From the NCBI GenBank assembly GCA_951406725.2, contig OX597817.1, forward strand, positions 4,836,001-4,900,000: a stretch of DNA of 64,000 nucleotides, given 5' to 3'. Source of the stretch: Octopus vulgaris. Lineage: Eukaryota. The position numbers were made by a program, and so were the translations under genes. Under the pieces are notes generated by a model. That model saw only the letters and a list, made by a program, of their open reading frames with translations. It had not been told where the DNA came from and did not search any database. This document shows, in pieces, positions 28,401 to 43,588 of the stretch; positions within the stretch are counted from its first letter, which is position 1, and the number at the start of each line of letters is the position of its first letter.

Positions 28401-28946
28401 GCCACAGCGTTGTGGAGAGCATTGACCACTTTGATGAATTCGTTGATGGTGATGTGGATTGTAACGGGGATGCATGGCGCATACCGGATTTCCAATTAAC
28501 CTGGTCTCTTAATTAAATGAAGGGCATTACGTATGATTTACAAGCTAACAGCAGTTATTGCAAATGAATAATTAAGTTACAGCACTCACCGTGGTGTAAT
28601 AGTTGACTATTTGGTTGCCATTGTGACAGGTTAGTGGGGTGGGTACATGGACGACGCGATTTCCATCCCGGAACGGAATAATTATTCATATTTCAGCGTC
28701 TCATATGGCGTCGAACTAGTGTAATTGGTAGTGCATCGGTCAAGCGCCTTACATTATTTAGTTGCGGCCCTTTGCATTTGATTTCAAATCATTTTGAGTG
28801 AATGTTGCTTTGCATCCTTCTATGGTTGATAAAATAAAATAGCAATCAAGTAATGAGATTGATAATAACCATCTGTTTCCCACTCACCAAAAATATTGCT
28901 TTACCACTTTGCGTATTATAACGTCTACTCTCATAAGACTCCATTA

Positions 28947-29018
<72 letters not shown>

Positions 29019-29487
29019 ATCTATCTATCTATCTTCTATCTATCTACCTATCTATCTATCTATCTATCTATATATATATATATATATATATATATTGTGT
29101 GTGTGTGTGTGTGTGTGTGTTTGTGTGTGTGTGTATAGAAATAGATAATGTATTTAAGAGAACAGTTATGAGTAGTGCAAATGAGTCGAATAGAATTCCT
29201 TGTTGGAGTATATACCCCTTATCTCTGTGATCTGAGTTCAAATCCAGTCGAGGTCAAGTATTTTTTGTGTTACCTTTGTGTGCAATAAATTCGTCATCAA
29301 TTCAGAACGGCAGATTGGCAGTTCTTTGCACCACCATTTACTCTTCCTTTCTTATGGGATTTTAAATTCCGTTCACCCTCGCTGACATGTTCGTGTTCAG
29401 AAACCGTTCACTCAAGAGCCTGAAAACGGTGACAGCCCTTAATTTCACGTAGACTAACACTTTGATTGCAAAAAACAACAAAAAACA

Positions 29488-29665
29488 TCTTAGCGGTATT
29501 TCGTCTGTCTTTACGTTCTGAGTTCAAATTCCGCCGAGGTCGACCTTGCATTTCATCCTTTCGGGGTCGATAAATTAAGTACCTGTTGCATACTGGGGTT
29601 GATCTAATCGACTGGTCCCCCCACCAAAAATATCATCTCTTGTGTCTTGAGTAGAAAAGAATATT
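29488..29665 (+). mobile_element. SINE family A copy
   Basis: GTTCTGAGTTCAAATTCCGCCGAGGTCGACCTTGCATTTCATCCTTTCGGGGTCGATAAATTAAGTACC. More degenerate copies near 28720-28920, 29200-29300, 32150-32240, 33420-33550 and 60020-60190. Confidence 0.85.
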
Positions 29666-30059
29666 GAAAAACTATTGTTCGCCGAAGAAAGTCTCAAAAC
29701 CCACAACAGAAAAATAAAGACAGAATCTCTGAGTGTATCTAGTCTGAGTCACAATTTTGTGTGTCGATTGAAATCATGCCATTTTCTTCGTGGCACGAAT
29801 GTCATCGAGAAATTCATGGACATCACATCGTATCATTTCTCTTCTCTTCTTTAACTGAGACACGCCTAACTAGTAAAACTTAGTATGATGTACATTAATT
29901 TCGATGTAGTAGTTGAGAGCTGCATGATATGTTGTAAAATATTTAGTTTACTCTTGTAAGTTTTATATTCAAACCCTGCTGGCACCGTGATTAATTTTAT
30001 TCTTCCAAGGTCAAAATTACAAATATCTGTCAAATGTACGTGTTAAATGGATAATGTTG

Positions 30060-30124
<65 letters not shown>

Positions 30125-30770
30125 AAGCACGAGGCCTTTTTCTAACGTAAAATCAGATTAGTCTTATGAACGCTGAAAGGAATCTTGCCAGAATCTAATA
30201 ATTGCCGACACCTATTTGACAAGCTTCGCCTTCCAGCTTGACTAACCTTTCAATCGAAGACTAATGCCTAATCATTTAATCCTCTCAAATCCATTAAATA
30301 ATTTCATGTAATCTTACTGATTTCACCTTCGATATAAAAATAACATTTTCAATAACTGGCACTCATTTAATAAACAAGAATTTTCTGTTGAATTTTTGCA
30401 AGAAGTTTATGAAAATCTATTGAAGGCTTAGGTGGATAAATTCCTGGTGAAAAACGGCTTGTGAATATTGAGCTTGATGAGGAATATAGTTTAATGGTTT
30501 AATCTCCAGGAAGGAGATGAGAATATGGAGAAAGAAGCCGTGATTTATTGAGTGCTGTAATAGGAATCAATGGATCGCGATTTAGAGTTATATTCAATCG
30601 AGTATCTTTTTCCGAAGAACTGAAATATATTGAACTCCACTAAAGACAAACAAGCAGCAAGCGTTAGAACATGTCTACTGTCCAAGAAGGATGGTCAGTT
30701 GGTAGAATCATTAGATTATTTAAGAGATAAATTTGCAGTAGACTTTAGAGCACTACACACTAAACTAGGA

Positions 30771-30900
30771 CAGCGTTTCTCAACCGGGGTTCCGTGAAAT
30801 GTTCCTAGTGGTTCTGAGAGAAAGAGTGAAATAAGCTAATGCTAATTTCATGATCATAATATTACTATATATGCACATTATACGTGCATATAAATACATT

Positions 30901-30954
<54 letters not shown>

Positions 30955-30988
30955 ATATAATATAATATATTATATATACATATATATC

Positions 30989-31027
<39 letters not shown>

Positions 31028-31062
31028 GTGTGTATATATATGTGTGTGTGTGTGTGTGTATG

Positions 31063-31111
<49 letters not shown>

Positions 31112-31304
31112 GCCATGATAGATCGTTAACCACTACACATTCTTTATTTTCTCTCCTTGTTTCTTTCTGTGGAAGGGCTTAGGTTCGAAAGGTTAAAGAC
31201 TTTTCACTTCCCGAGCGTCAAACTAATACATCTGTTGGTTGTCTACACCACCTGTCTTCGTCTTTTGGTTTCTGTGAATTCTCCCTACACACACACACAC
31301 ACAC

Positions 31305-31379
<75 letters not shown>

Positions 31380-31506
31380 TTACCACGTGAACTACGATGA
31401 AAAAATATGAAAAAGATATGGTTTATAATTGTGCAGGGGTTCCTTGAGACATGTAATTTATTTTAAGGGTTACGTTACGCAAGGGTAAAAAGGTTGAGAA
31501 ACGTTG
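30771..31506. mobile_element. hAT (Charlie-like) MITE with nested microsatellites and HHR repeat
   Basis: TIRs CAGCGTTTCTCAACC / GGTTGAGAAACGTTG; imperfect 8-bp TSD AACTAGGA / CTCTAGGA with central TA. Confidence 0.75.
31110..31290 (+). mobile_element. PLE-associated terminal repeat with minimal HHR-like motif (31162-31199)
   Basis: TCTTT-CTGTGGAA-GGGC TTAG GTTC-GAAAGGTT-AAAGA; lies between (TA)n and (CA)n/(TA)n. Confidence 0.75.
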
Positions 31507-31719
31507 CTCTAGGATCTAATCCCGTTGTTGTCAGCATTATCTGCTAACCATTCTGGGTTTACAATTATAAGCACCGTCTTTGGATTGATTATTACCTCTT
31601 TTACTCTCACTCTCTTTCTTTCTTTCTCTCTCCCTCTCTCTCTCTCTTTCTCTTTGTGTTGAACTTTTAATTGAAAAGCCTATCTTTGTCATTGACGTGT
31701 CTCTTGAATAAGCAACCAC

Positions 31720-32087
31720 CTGAAAGGCTTCCATCTCCCCAATATTACATACACGCCTTCATTCCACCCAATGCTATTGTAGAAGAGCTTCTCAACGACG
31801 CTATATAATGGATGCTTAATTGCGATGCAAACTTCTTGAATATGCATCCATGCTAGATTTTCCTGCTGTAACGATTGTTGTACATTCGTCTGAATTTGAG
31901 AAAGATTTCGCTTTGCAGTAATTGGTTGAAATACTGCAATTGAGAAGCCCCTTGCTAAGTCTGTGACAACAGAGTAGACGATATGTACATTTTCCTCATC
32001 ATCGATGTGACTTCTTCGTAGATACAATGAATGAAAATGAAAGTGTACAAATTCTCCATTTGTCTTCAACTCTTGTATACAACTTGT
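31720..32087 (-). CDS. Candidate host-gene exon, unknown product
   Basis: Longest non-repetitive, non-TE open frame (145 aa, 31689-32126); pyrimidine-rich tract plus AG at ~32088 and CAG|GTGGTT at 31720; no recognised homology. Confidence 0.3.
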
Positions 32088-32909
32088 CTTTCGACAGTAG
32101 AGAGACAGCAGGCAAAAATTGATCAAACATCAAAAAAATCACGTGATCTTGTTGATTACCACCTTTAAATTATCTGAGTTCAAACTCTGCCAAGATCGAT
32201 AAAATAATTTCCAGTCAAGTAGTACAATTGATGTAGTCCAATCCAGAAAACGCGCGCACTAAGAATGCTTCATTGTATCGTGTCAGTTGAAACTCCATGT
32301 GATAACATGTGACAATTATAATTATACATATGACATTCTTAATATCCATGCGTGTGCACAATCATTAGTATTAATAAATCAATCATATTCATCATTCGTG
32401 TAACTATTATATTAACAATTAACACAGCGTTAGTTGTCACTCATTTGTTTGGTTCATCTGATTATGACCAAAACTTCTATTGCCAGCATCATAATACTCC
32501 GATTCTACCAAAGTAATTAACTTCCCTTAGTATCACACCCCAATAATACTACCACCAGCACTAATGTAAGCATTGCTACTAGCCCTACCCTCGCTATTGA
32601 GTTAGTGGTAATGATGGTAACACCAGCAGTACTACGGCTAACAGCACAACCAGTACTAAAGTCCTCATCGACAACATAACGACCACTAACATGACCATCA
32701 CTGACACCACCATCACCATCACCAACGCAGCCAAACCGCAGATGAGCGCTTCAACATTAACAACGCCACCAGTTCCTGTATCACAAATAACACCAGCGCC
32801 ACTAGCAGTACTATCACTGAACCCAGCACCATCAAACCGTCGAAGAGGTCTCTGCGTAGTCATTTGACCTGCTAGAAACATTTCCATCACATATCACCTT
32901 CTACTCGTA

Positions 32910-32955
<46 letters not shown>

Positions 32956-32957
<2 letters not shown>

Positions 32958-33357
32958 GAGTGGCTGTGTGGTAAGTAGCTTGTTTACCAACCACATGGTT
33001 CAGGGTTCAGTCCTACTGCGTGGCACCTTGGGCAAGTGTATTCTACTATAGCTTCGGGCCGACCAATGCCTTGTGAGTGGATTTGGTAGACGGAAACTGA
33101 ATGAAGCCCGTCGTATATATGTATATATATATATATATATATGCATATGTGTGTGTGTTGTGTGTCTGTGTTTGTCCCCCTAGCATTGCTTGACAACCGA
33201 TGCTAGTATGTTTATGTCCCCGTCACTTAGCGGTTCGGCAAAAGAGACCGATAGAATAAGTACTAGGCCTACAAAGAATAAGTCCCGGGGTCGAGTTGCT
33301 CGATTAAAGGCGGTGCTCCAGAATGGCGGCAGTCAAATGAGTGAAACAAGTAAAAGA

Positions 33358-33360
<3 letters not shown>
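32956..33360 (+). mobile_element. Full-length SINE family B inserted in (TA)n
   Basis: tRNA-like head (TGGCTGTGTGG, GGTTCAGTCC), internal TA/TG tract, tail AAACAAGTAAAAGAGTA; (TA)n on both sides. Confidence 0.9.
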
Positions 33361-33422
<62 letters not shown>

Positions 33423-34539
33423 TTTTATCCTTTCGGGGTCAATAAATAAAGTACCAGTTTCGCACTGGTGTCGATGTGATCGACTTAATCCCTTTGTCTG
33501 TCCTACTTTGTCCCATCTATGTTTAGCCCCTTGTGGGTAGTAAAGAAATATATATTTATTTATTTATTTATTTATTTATTGAACACGTTACATTGAACTG
33601 TCACGCCTGGAATGTCTTTGATTACAGGACTATTCGGTTAGAGCTAACCTGCTTTGTACAGCATTCATATTAATAACATCAGTAAAGTTTAACTCAACAT
33701 CACTACTACCACAATCACCACCACCATCACCGCCATCAAACCACCATCCTCAAACACCCCATCCCGCCGCCGACACCACCACCACCACCATCATCGCTAT
33801 GTGGTCTGCTATTATTGGCATCGGTAACATCACCAGTATCACTAATATCAACAGTGTTAACATCCGCATCATCATCATCATCATCATCAGTACCAAAATC
33901 AACAATACCATTATTACCATCGATTTCACTTGGAAGGAGAGAACATCACTGGGAAGAACATTATTAATCTTTGAAGATAACGGAGTAATTTAATTATCCC
34001 CACATCCACAACAGTAGAATGAATTGCTTTGAAACAACTGTGCACTTAGCTACTCCATACTACACAATAGCTAGACACTACTGCACTGAAGTCTACTATT
34101 AGAATTTATTTCTATAAAAACATATGACTATCAAATAGTTTCTGCATAAATTACTTTTGACGCAGAAAAAGAGAAGGCAAAATAATATAAACAACCGGAA
34201 TTTTGCAAGAATATTTTCTATGAGACAAACTAATACCATACACATAGATAATTCTTCAAAAGACCATTGAATGTTTTATACACAAGGAGGGCACAATTAT
34301 ACACACCACTTACGAAGACCTTATTCTGTATAAGGTTTGCATTTTAGAACAGTCCCTGCTTCTACTGTCGACTGGAGATCGCAACTGTTTCTACGAACAG
34401 CATTGAGGTTCCTTAAAGAATGCCCATGTCCCATAGGGTCTACAAGCTTGCACGTGTTATTAATTCTTTTCATTTGTCATGAAAATCTTATGCAACAATC
34501 TTACTAAAAGTAGGCCGTTGCAGCTACCTAAAGTTTATT

Positions 34540-34810
34540 GTACTTCAGTGTTTCTCATATCTCTGCTATATCCTTGGTGAAAAGCAACTTGTCTCCCTCT
34601 GCTAATTCTTGCAAGTCCAATGTCAGCTAAAGTGGTTATCTTGTGTTTAGACATAAATCCAAGACAACCAGCCTTAGTTGCTTCGATCCATGCCCATTAT
34701 TTTCTGCTGAGTGAGAATGGAAGCACATCCTATGTCTATCTCTGGAAGAATCGCAATGTTGCTGGCGCTTTCCTTCACAGTTTCCATTAAGACAACTGTT
34801 CTTTCACTGC
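34540..34810 (-). mobile_element. Very degenerate RLE-type LINE 3' end (Hero/NeSL-like)
   Basis: Minus-strand remnants VVLME.. and ..KAGCLGF resemble ELTVPWE...EVGCRGF; several frameshifts. Confidence 0.35.
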
Positions 34811-35154
34811 TTTTTAATTTCAGTGAATTTCTTTAATTGCTGCAGTTATTCTAAAACATAACTTATATATCTGATAATACATAGTTTATAACGAGCAAGC
34901 AATAATGGCCAATGCACTTTGTAGAGAATAGTTATACTTATATGGCTGAGATTGCTCGTCGTTTCATAACTTCCTTGATTAGACACTTATTCGTCTGTTA
35001 GTACTGCACACTGTAATGCAATGTTATTTCACCTATCATGGCATCAATGTGTCACTAATTCGTAGGCAATTACAGAGTAGCCGAGTCGCATATAATGCGT
35101 TGTAAATCCCAAATAAGTGCAAATAAGTTTTACTTATCTGTTTATTTGAACGAT

Positions 35155-35213
<59 letters not shown>

Positions 35214-35253
35214 CTCTCTCCTTTTATATAAATACATATATATACATATGTAA

Positions 35254-36620
<1,367 letters not shown>

Positions 36621-37417
36621 TAGATAGATAGATACATATGTATGTATTAACGTATGAGTAAAACTAAAACGACGCACTCAACACACTCAGCAGGGGTTTA
36701 CATACAGTATTTTTAAAAACAGGTTGATTCTACAACTCGTAATTTAAGTTTCGTAAGCTTCCTGCAGAAGCCAAACCCATCGAGCTCAGTAAACTGAATA
36801 GAGTGATACAGGAAGTCCAAGATGACTACTGAAATCTGGGCCACAATCAGTCAAGGAGGATCACATGGCGTTGTTACAACTGAGATCGACATTCCAGCGT
36901 AGGGTTGAGATTACGTATGACCCATACGTGAGTATTCGCTTGGTCGAATATGTGGTTATACGTGTCAGCTGTGTATCTCAGCTAAGTATGTATCATTTGT
37001 CTGTGTGTGTGTGCATGGTTTAATACACTGTACACGCGTGTATGCGGGTACGGCTTTAGGTTGTATGTATGGATGTCTGTTCGTATGGACGATTGGCATA
37101 CCTGTGCTTGTACATTACTGTAGTTATATGAGTGCGTATGAATGCGGACGTGTTTGTGTGGAAGTATTTATATGTGTACGTGTATTTTCATCTGGTGTGT
37201 ACGTGTGAGTGTACATATATATTCATGCTTTTGGTGCTTGTGTGTGCGAGAATAGTAGATGTATACTAACGTGGTTGCTACAGTGTCATTGTCGTTGGAT
37301 TGAGATTTTGTGGAGTTAGGGAAAGATTTGGTTGCGTTGGGTAAAAAAAGAAAAGATAAGCATAAGTACATAAATGTATGTGCAAAAACACAAACCTGCA
37401 AATTCCTCCAACCCTAA

Positions 37418-37540
37418 TCTGTAATTTCCCAAAACCTACCAGCTTTCCTTTAGAAGGATCCTACCTCTCGAGGGCCATAGTCTACAAAACCTCCCTCGCA
37501 AAATCCGATGACATCACAAGGCACTTCGCGGGCATTTCAC
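37418..37540 (+). mobile_element. Penelope-like GIY-YIG N-terminal fragment
   Basis: ICNFPKPTSFPLEGSYLSRAIVYKTSL...RHFAGIS resembles PLE CNCR..CPL.G.CL...IVYKA....YIG. Confidence 0.5.
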
Positions 37541-37850
37541 CACCGCCCACATAGTAGTATTTTTGCAACTGCATTAGTATGTATCTGCCATGCTTGCACA
37601 CACAAACATCCCAATAATGCATACGTATATATATATATATATATTTATATATATAGATAATAATAATAATAATAATAAAGGGTGAAATTAATTAATTTGG
37701 AATAATCATCAATTTCACCAAGTAGATTTCGGCATGTAAAAACCCCATTCAAGGAAGGTTTAAGTAAAACTAAGTAATTAAGGGTTTAGCAACGATTTGC
37801 CTCACCACACACCGAATTTAGAAATAGCCAGTCAAAGAGTTTTGGCTATT

Positions 37851-37884
<34 letters not shown>

Positions 37885-37989
37885 GGAGATCCCAATGGGA
37901 CTGAACTCGGAAATGTGGTTGGTTTTACTCCTATAGGATCTCCCTTTTAAGTATCAAAAAATTTAAGTAATATTTTGCCAAATGTCTGT

Positions 37990-38042
<53 letters not shown>

Positions 38043-38078
38043 TTGCAGATATACATATATACATAGAGACATGCACAT

Positions 38079-38269
38079 ATAGGAGGCGGTTCTGAAAAGT
38101 TTCTGACTTTAGGGTAACCTGCTGAGTTCTTTTATAGGACTTAGGAAAAAGGAAGAACCGCTACACTAAGCGTGTGAATCTGAAAGCGGAATATGTTGCA
38201 TAAAATTATAACTAATCTTCCTGTATTTTCTTTTACTCAAAGCCAGGAACTTTTCAGTACCCCGTCGTA
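38079..38269. mobile_element. Tc1/mariner-derived MITE
   Basis: Imperfect TIRs GAGGCGGTTCTGAAAAGTTTCTGACTTT / AAAGCCAGGAACTTTTCAGTACCCCGTCGTA; same family as 42530-43152. Confidence 0.7.
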
Positions 38270-40515
38270 CACGCATATATGCATACATACATATATTCAT
38301 GCATACACAGACACACACAAACACATACATACAGGCATACAATACATATACATATTCACATGCACTGACACCAAATACTGCACATATACACACATTCATG
38401 CAAAAATTGTTGAATTTCAAATGAAGGAGTTTTTGAAACTGTTTTTTTTTCTTCTTTTCCTTTCTCTATTGGCAAAAAACTTTGAAATAGAACTGAATAA
38501 TTAAATACGTCCATATACACAGGTATGGTCGTATCATGAAGCAATGGGTAAAAAGTATATATCAAAGAGAGAAAATTTAATGCTAGTGAGTTTCAGCATT
38601 ACAACATAATAAATACGGATCTAAAAAGTTGCAGAAATGCAAAGGTACGAACATACGATAATATGGGATTAAAATTACTTGTTTATATACCAATAAAAGC
38701 AAATTCAAATTAAAAAGATCATGGACATATGTATTTGCATAAGTATAGAAATAGAAATATGCATAATGCGAATATGCAAAAGTACTATAGAACGAGATGT
38801 AAATTGTAAAACACTTTCCATTGTAGAAAATTTGAAATAGCAAACGAATAATAAATACAATCTATAAGTTACAATATGTTAGATATAAATTGCACAAGTG
38901 TAAGCCGGTTAGCGAAATACAAAATACAAAATATAACATTTCGAAATACAATGCGACAATTGTTAGAAAATTATAGAAATTTAAAATAATAATAGAATAT
39001 AAAATACAAACATTAAAATGTAATACACAAAAAGAGATAAACGATTCAAATTATAAAATTGCTACATTATGGAATTCCTATGACTTTATGTTATAAAAAC
39101 ATAAAACTCTATAATTATACAATTATGAAATTACATGTTTGAACACCTGGATTGTGTCGTAGATAATGAGAGTATTTTGATGCAGGTGAATAATAGTAAA
39201 TCAGCGTGGAACTACAAAAGATAGCCATACATAAAGATAGCGGACATATAACAAACGCATTATGAAAGAATAATGAAATGAATAACGAAAGGTGGATAAA
39301 ACATGTGTTGTATGTTGTAATGTGTGGTCTCCTGAGCGCTACATTATAACAATTCTGTATTAAAGTTCTTAGACACAAAAGTGGGAAAAAGATATATTAT
39401 GTTCGACTTTCAAGTCGTGTAGTTATACCACCAATATTTATCACCATGGGATACGGGCAACATTTTGTCATAAGGTTTTGCTCGTTTTATAATTTGCAAT
39501 ACTCAATTTGAATTTCTATGTGGTTACATATACTTTTATCAACCCTACATTCACATCGGTCATTTGAAGACCCCAGTATTTCCTTACCCAGTATCAACAT
39601 GCCGTTCGCTTCCATTAAAACTTTTACCAAGATGTCATAACTAACGCACAAATCTTCCTTTCACTAAAGATTATCGTAGAGTTGCACAAATATACCTGAA
39701 AAGTAGATAAAGAATACTTCAAACCATTGGTACAAGTAACGGGGTAATTTGTATCATTAGTTTAGGACAAATTTCCTTAAAGTAATAGTTTGATAAAATT
39801 ACAGTTACTGCGATAAGCAACCTACACTGTGTTTTTATGTGTAAGTGTGTAAGTGTGTGTGTGTGTGCGTATATGCCTGCGTGCGTATATAATAGAAATA
39901 GTGGAATATATACATTTATTTAGATATTATAGGCTTACACCTCTTTCAGATATGCATTTGCAAGGGTTCATAATTCAATTTCATCAATTGATGGGTTGAT
40001 CGACAGAAAATATCGGGAACAATCAGCGCGACGATAGCTTCCTCGAAGTCAAAATTCAATGGCCAAAGAAAAAGAAGGGGGGAGGGTAGAGGATAGAATT
40101 TGGTCAGCGTGGGATTTATAGAGAATTAGATCGCCTGTTTCCAACCATCAAACTTAGGCTATTGTCCCCTTTTCGGATGGATTAATAGTATTGAAATACA
40201 GCAAATGTATTTGATACCCAACAACGTCGATTGGATCAGTGACACACTTTTTGGCGATTACGACTAGGGTATAGTCTTTGGATTATATATGTGTATAGTT
40301 ATATATATATATATATATATATCACAAATAAAGAAATGGAGAAACACATTAGTTGGTTTATCAGCTTTAGGATATTAGAATGTTGACTTATTTATTCATC
40401 AAAACGACAACTATAATAACAGATATATACATTATAAAATTCAATACATATAAGATAAGAATACAAGTAGTTATTTAAAAAAAAACTTAATATAAATTAC
40501 TAAAATCATTAAAAT

Positions 40516-40638
40516 CACTTACAGCTGTTTCAGCCTTTGGAAAAAGTAATTTGTTGTGCCCATACATGTCAATTGTCTTGAGGTTGTAGGCAGTTAAAAC
40601 TGAGGTACTTATATATATCCATAGGCCTCGTCAGAGGC
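40516..40638 (-). ncRNA. Type I hammerhead ribozyme motif with long stem II loop
   Basis: RNA: CU-CUGACGA-GGCCUAUGGA...UCCAAAGGCU-GAA-ACAGCUGU-A-AG. Canonical core, palindromic stem III, GUA triplet; stem I only ~2 bp. Confidence 0.65.
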
Positions 40639-40639
40639 T

Positions 40640-40715
<76 letters not shown>

Positions 40716-41165
40716 AGATTTAGGGTATGGAGTATGGGAAATCCGGGCCACCTATGTTTCATAGCTAGTGGAAACTCAGAAGTGGTAAAATCCAAGTGAG
40801 ATGTATACTGCCAACTGCTCTTCAGGCCAAGGATATTTTGATAAGATTAAAGGCAACACCTTACCGCTTCTGATGTTACACTCGCTATGAAACATATGTA
40901 GCCCAGATTTTACGCACTCCATTCCGTAACTATTGCATTCTTTTCGCACACTTGGCAACCCTTTTTGCCTACCGAGTAATATAAAAAGAACTTTTTTTTC
41001 AGTGCAGTGTTCTCCCATAAAAGAAAAAAAAATATCTGTAAGCCTTCCGTCTCAATAAACTACTAAACTGCCCGAAACTAAATTTCTTCCTACACATCGA
41101 TCCATGGATCTTACATATATATAGATTTATAGATGTGTGGGGGAGGGGGGCATGTGTGTATGCGT

Positions 41166-42186
41166 TGTGGAAGGATTTCATCCACCCTATGTGACTAAAA
41201 TTAGACTGACACATTGTTATAAGATAAAGAACTGTACCAATTGAAGACAAGCAGTTCACTGTGAGCCGTTGGCAAAGAGCGTTTAACCTTGTGTAACAGT
41301 AATAGTAGTGCGTCGTGTAAATAGTTCTTTCCCCTGCTTCGTTAAATTAGATATCGAACACCAGGATATAAAAGTGGCGACGAGTTGTTGTAAGCTTGCG
41401 TAGGACATTTAGAATTTTTTCTTTCTGTGTTAGGAAACCAAAGAAACAATCGTTTGACATGGAGGACTTATTGGTCTCTGTGGTTCAGTTACTACAGCAA
41501 CAGCAGCAACAACAACAGCAATTACAACAGCAATCACAGCAACTACAACAGCAACAACAATAAAACCAACAGTTGATGGAATTTAATGTTGAAGAAGTCT
41601 GAAAATACTTCAGGTCCGTACTCGCCATGCAGTGTAGAAAACTCAATTGAAGAGCTTACTCATAATCCAGAAGAAGGGGTTATCTTCTCTGTATATTTTC
41701 GAAGATTCGAAGAAATCTTCAAAGAAGAATGTAAAAATTGGTCTGACGACAAAAATTACGACTACTTTTACGAAAGTTTTTCCCCTATCGAACTTGAAAA
41801 ATGTAGTAACTGTATTCTGCTGAAGAAACCACGTGATTGCTATTTTAATTGATGTTATTGTTGCTGTAATTATTGTAATTATTAAACAAATCGAATGAAT
41901 GTTATTCCTGGTAAAAGGAAAAACACGTCGAAAAGAAAATATGTTAACAATTATTTCTAAAAAATTCACGGATGAAAACAGTCACAAGAAATGAAATCCT
42001 CATAGAACCCAAACAATTTGAAACTACACGTTCTAGCACCAGAAAACGGAAACGAATAGAAACTTAAGCGTAAGAGATGTGTATGCATGTATGAATGTAT
42101 GTATGTATGTATGTATGTATGTATGTATGTATGTATGTATGTATGTATGTATGTATGTATGTATGTATGTATGTATCAATCAATCA

Positions 42187-42221
<35 letters not shown>

Positions 42222-42510
42222 AATCTATCTATCTAAGGACGGAGTTCAATTCTGCAATCGGGAGAAGTAATGGGCGACTAAATCTAAAAGGGGGAAATAT
42301 TGTGGTAGGATCCGACCAATCCATGGGACTTAATATTGGACTGACACGTTGCCATAAAATAAAGAACTATGAGCAACTGTGTAAGCAGTTCACTGTGAGC
42401 CGTTGGCAAAGAGTGTTTAACCTGGTGTAACAATAATATTAGTGCGTCGTGTAAGTACTTCTTCCTACCTACTTCGTTATAATTTATATATCCAACACCA
42501 GGATATAAAA
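41166..42510 (+). mobile_element. Internally deleted Gypsy (Mag-like) LTR retrotransposon
   Basis: ~205-bp direct repeats 41166-~41372 and 42301-~42510 starting TGTGG; PBS TGGCGACGAG at 41375; PPT AAAAGGGGGAAA before the 3' LTR; gag remnant (poly-Q, IEELTHNPEEGVIFSVYFRRFEEIFKEECKNWSDDK); no pol. Confidence 0.85.
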
Positions 42511-42529
42511 GTATACATAAATATATAAA

Positions 42530-43152
42530 AGTGGGTGGCTGAAAAGTTCCTGAGATCTTTTCGGTTTGAACGGTAGTTTTTTACATAATTTCTAGGTAAC
42601 TAAAAAATTTTAAACTTCGTATACTGGTAGAATATGTTTATAAATCATCTTTTTCTCTTGGCTTTATTGAGAAAATTCTATAGTTTGTAAGATATTTGTT
42701 GTCTTTTTCTTCAATTTCTGCAATTTCAACCAATCAATTACGTCCATTGAGGTAAAATCCTTCTGTGGCGTATGAATATGTCCCTCGTCTAAGAAACATT
42801 TTGGGTTTATTTACATTTGTGAAGAAAAAAAGATACCCTTCCCCGCACCCCTAACCCTAACCCTAACTCTAAAACAGATTGAAATGCAATAGATCGATAC
42901 TAGGGTCATAATTATGGGTGACAATTTCATATGACACCGCCGTTCAAACAGAAAAGATCCAGTTCCTGGCTTATCAAGAAAGGGTATCAAGAAAGGCCTG
43001 GTTGAAGGTCTAATCTTTTGAGCTCTTTTACAGAGTTCCGAAAACTGAAGTGTGTGAATCTGAGGAGGGAATACGTTGAATAAAGTCAAAATCAACTGAT
43101 CCTTTCATATTTTATTTTACTCAAAGCAAGGAACTCTTCAGCACCCCATAGT
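42530..43152. mobile_element. Tc1/mariner-derived MITE interrupted by a second MITE
   Basis: GGCTGAAAAGTTCCTG[insert]GCTT ... AAAGCAAGGAACTCTTCAGCACCCC; internal similarity to 38079-38269. Confidence 0.7.
42553..42960. mobile_element. MITE with ~21-bp TIRs, 8-bp TSD and internal (CCCTAA)n
   Basis: AGATCTTTTCGGTTTGAACGG / CCGTTCAAACAGAAAAGATCC; TSD AGTTCCTG at 42545-42552 and 42961-42968. Confidence 0.9.
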
Positions 43153-43448
43153 TTCTACACACACACACACAGACACACACACAAACACACACACATTATT
43201 TATGTATATAAAAAAGACTGAGGGCGATATCTAACAAAAGTGTTGCTAAAAATAAGAGTCAAAAGCAACTGATAGCCATATTAGCGCACCGTCTGTAAAT
43301 AAGACGGTGCGTTAATGTAGCGATAAGTTGTTTTATACTCTTATTTCTAGCAATACTGGTGCTGAATAGTGTCCTTTGTCGTTTTAGTGACGTATAGTTG
43401 CCTTTCGGTTGAAAAGTTGCTAACAAGCCACCTTGACTATTTGTAATG

Positions 43449-43495
<47 letters not shown>

Positions 43496-43555
43496 CTCTC
43501 TCTTTCTCTCTCTCTCTACATATTTATATATATCAATATATAAAAACATACATAA

Positions 43556-43588
<33 letters not shown>

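Noticed and set aside
42849-42872. (CCCTAA)n as a telomere or fusion relic
   Set aside because: Only 3-4 units and internal to a TSD-flanked MITE.
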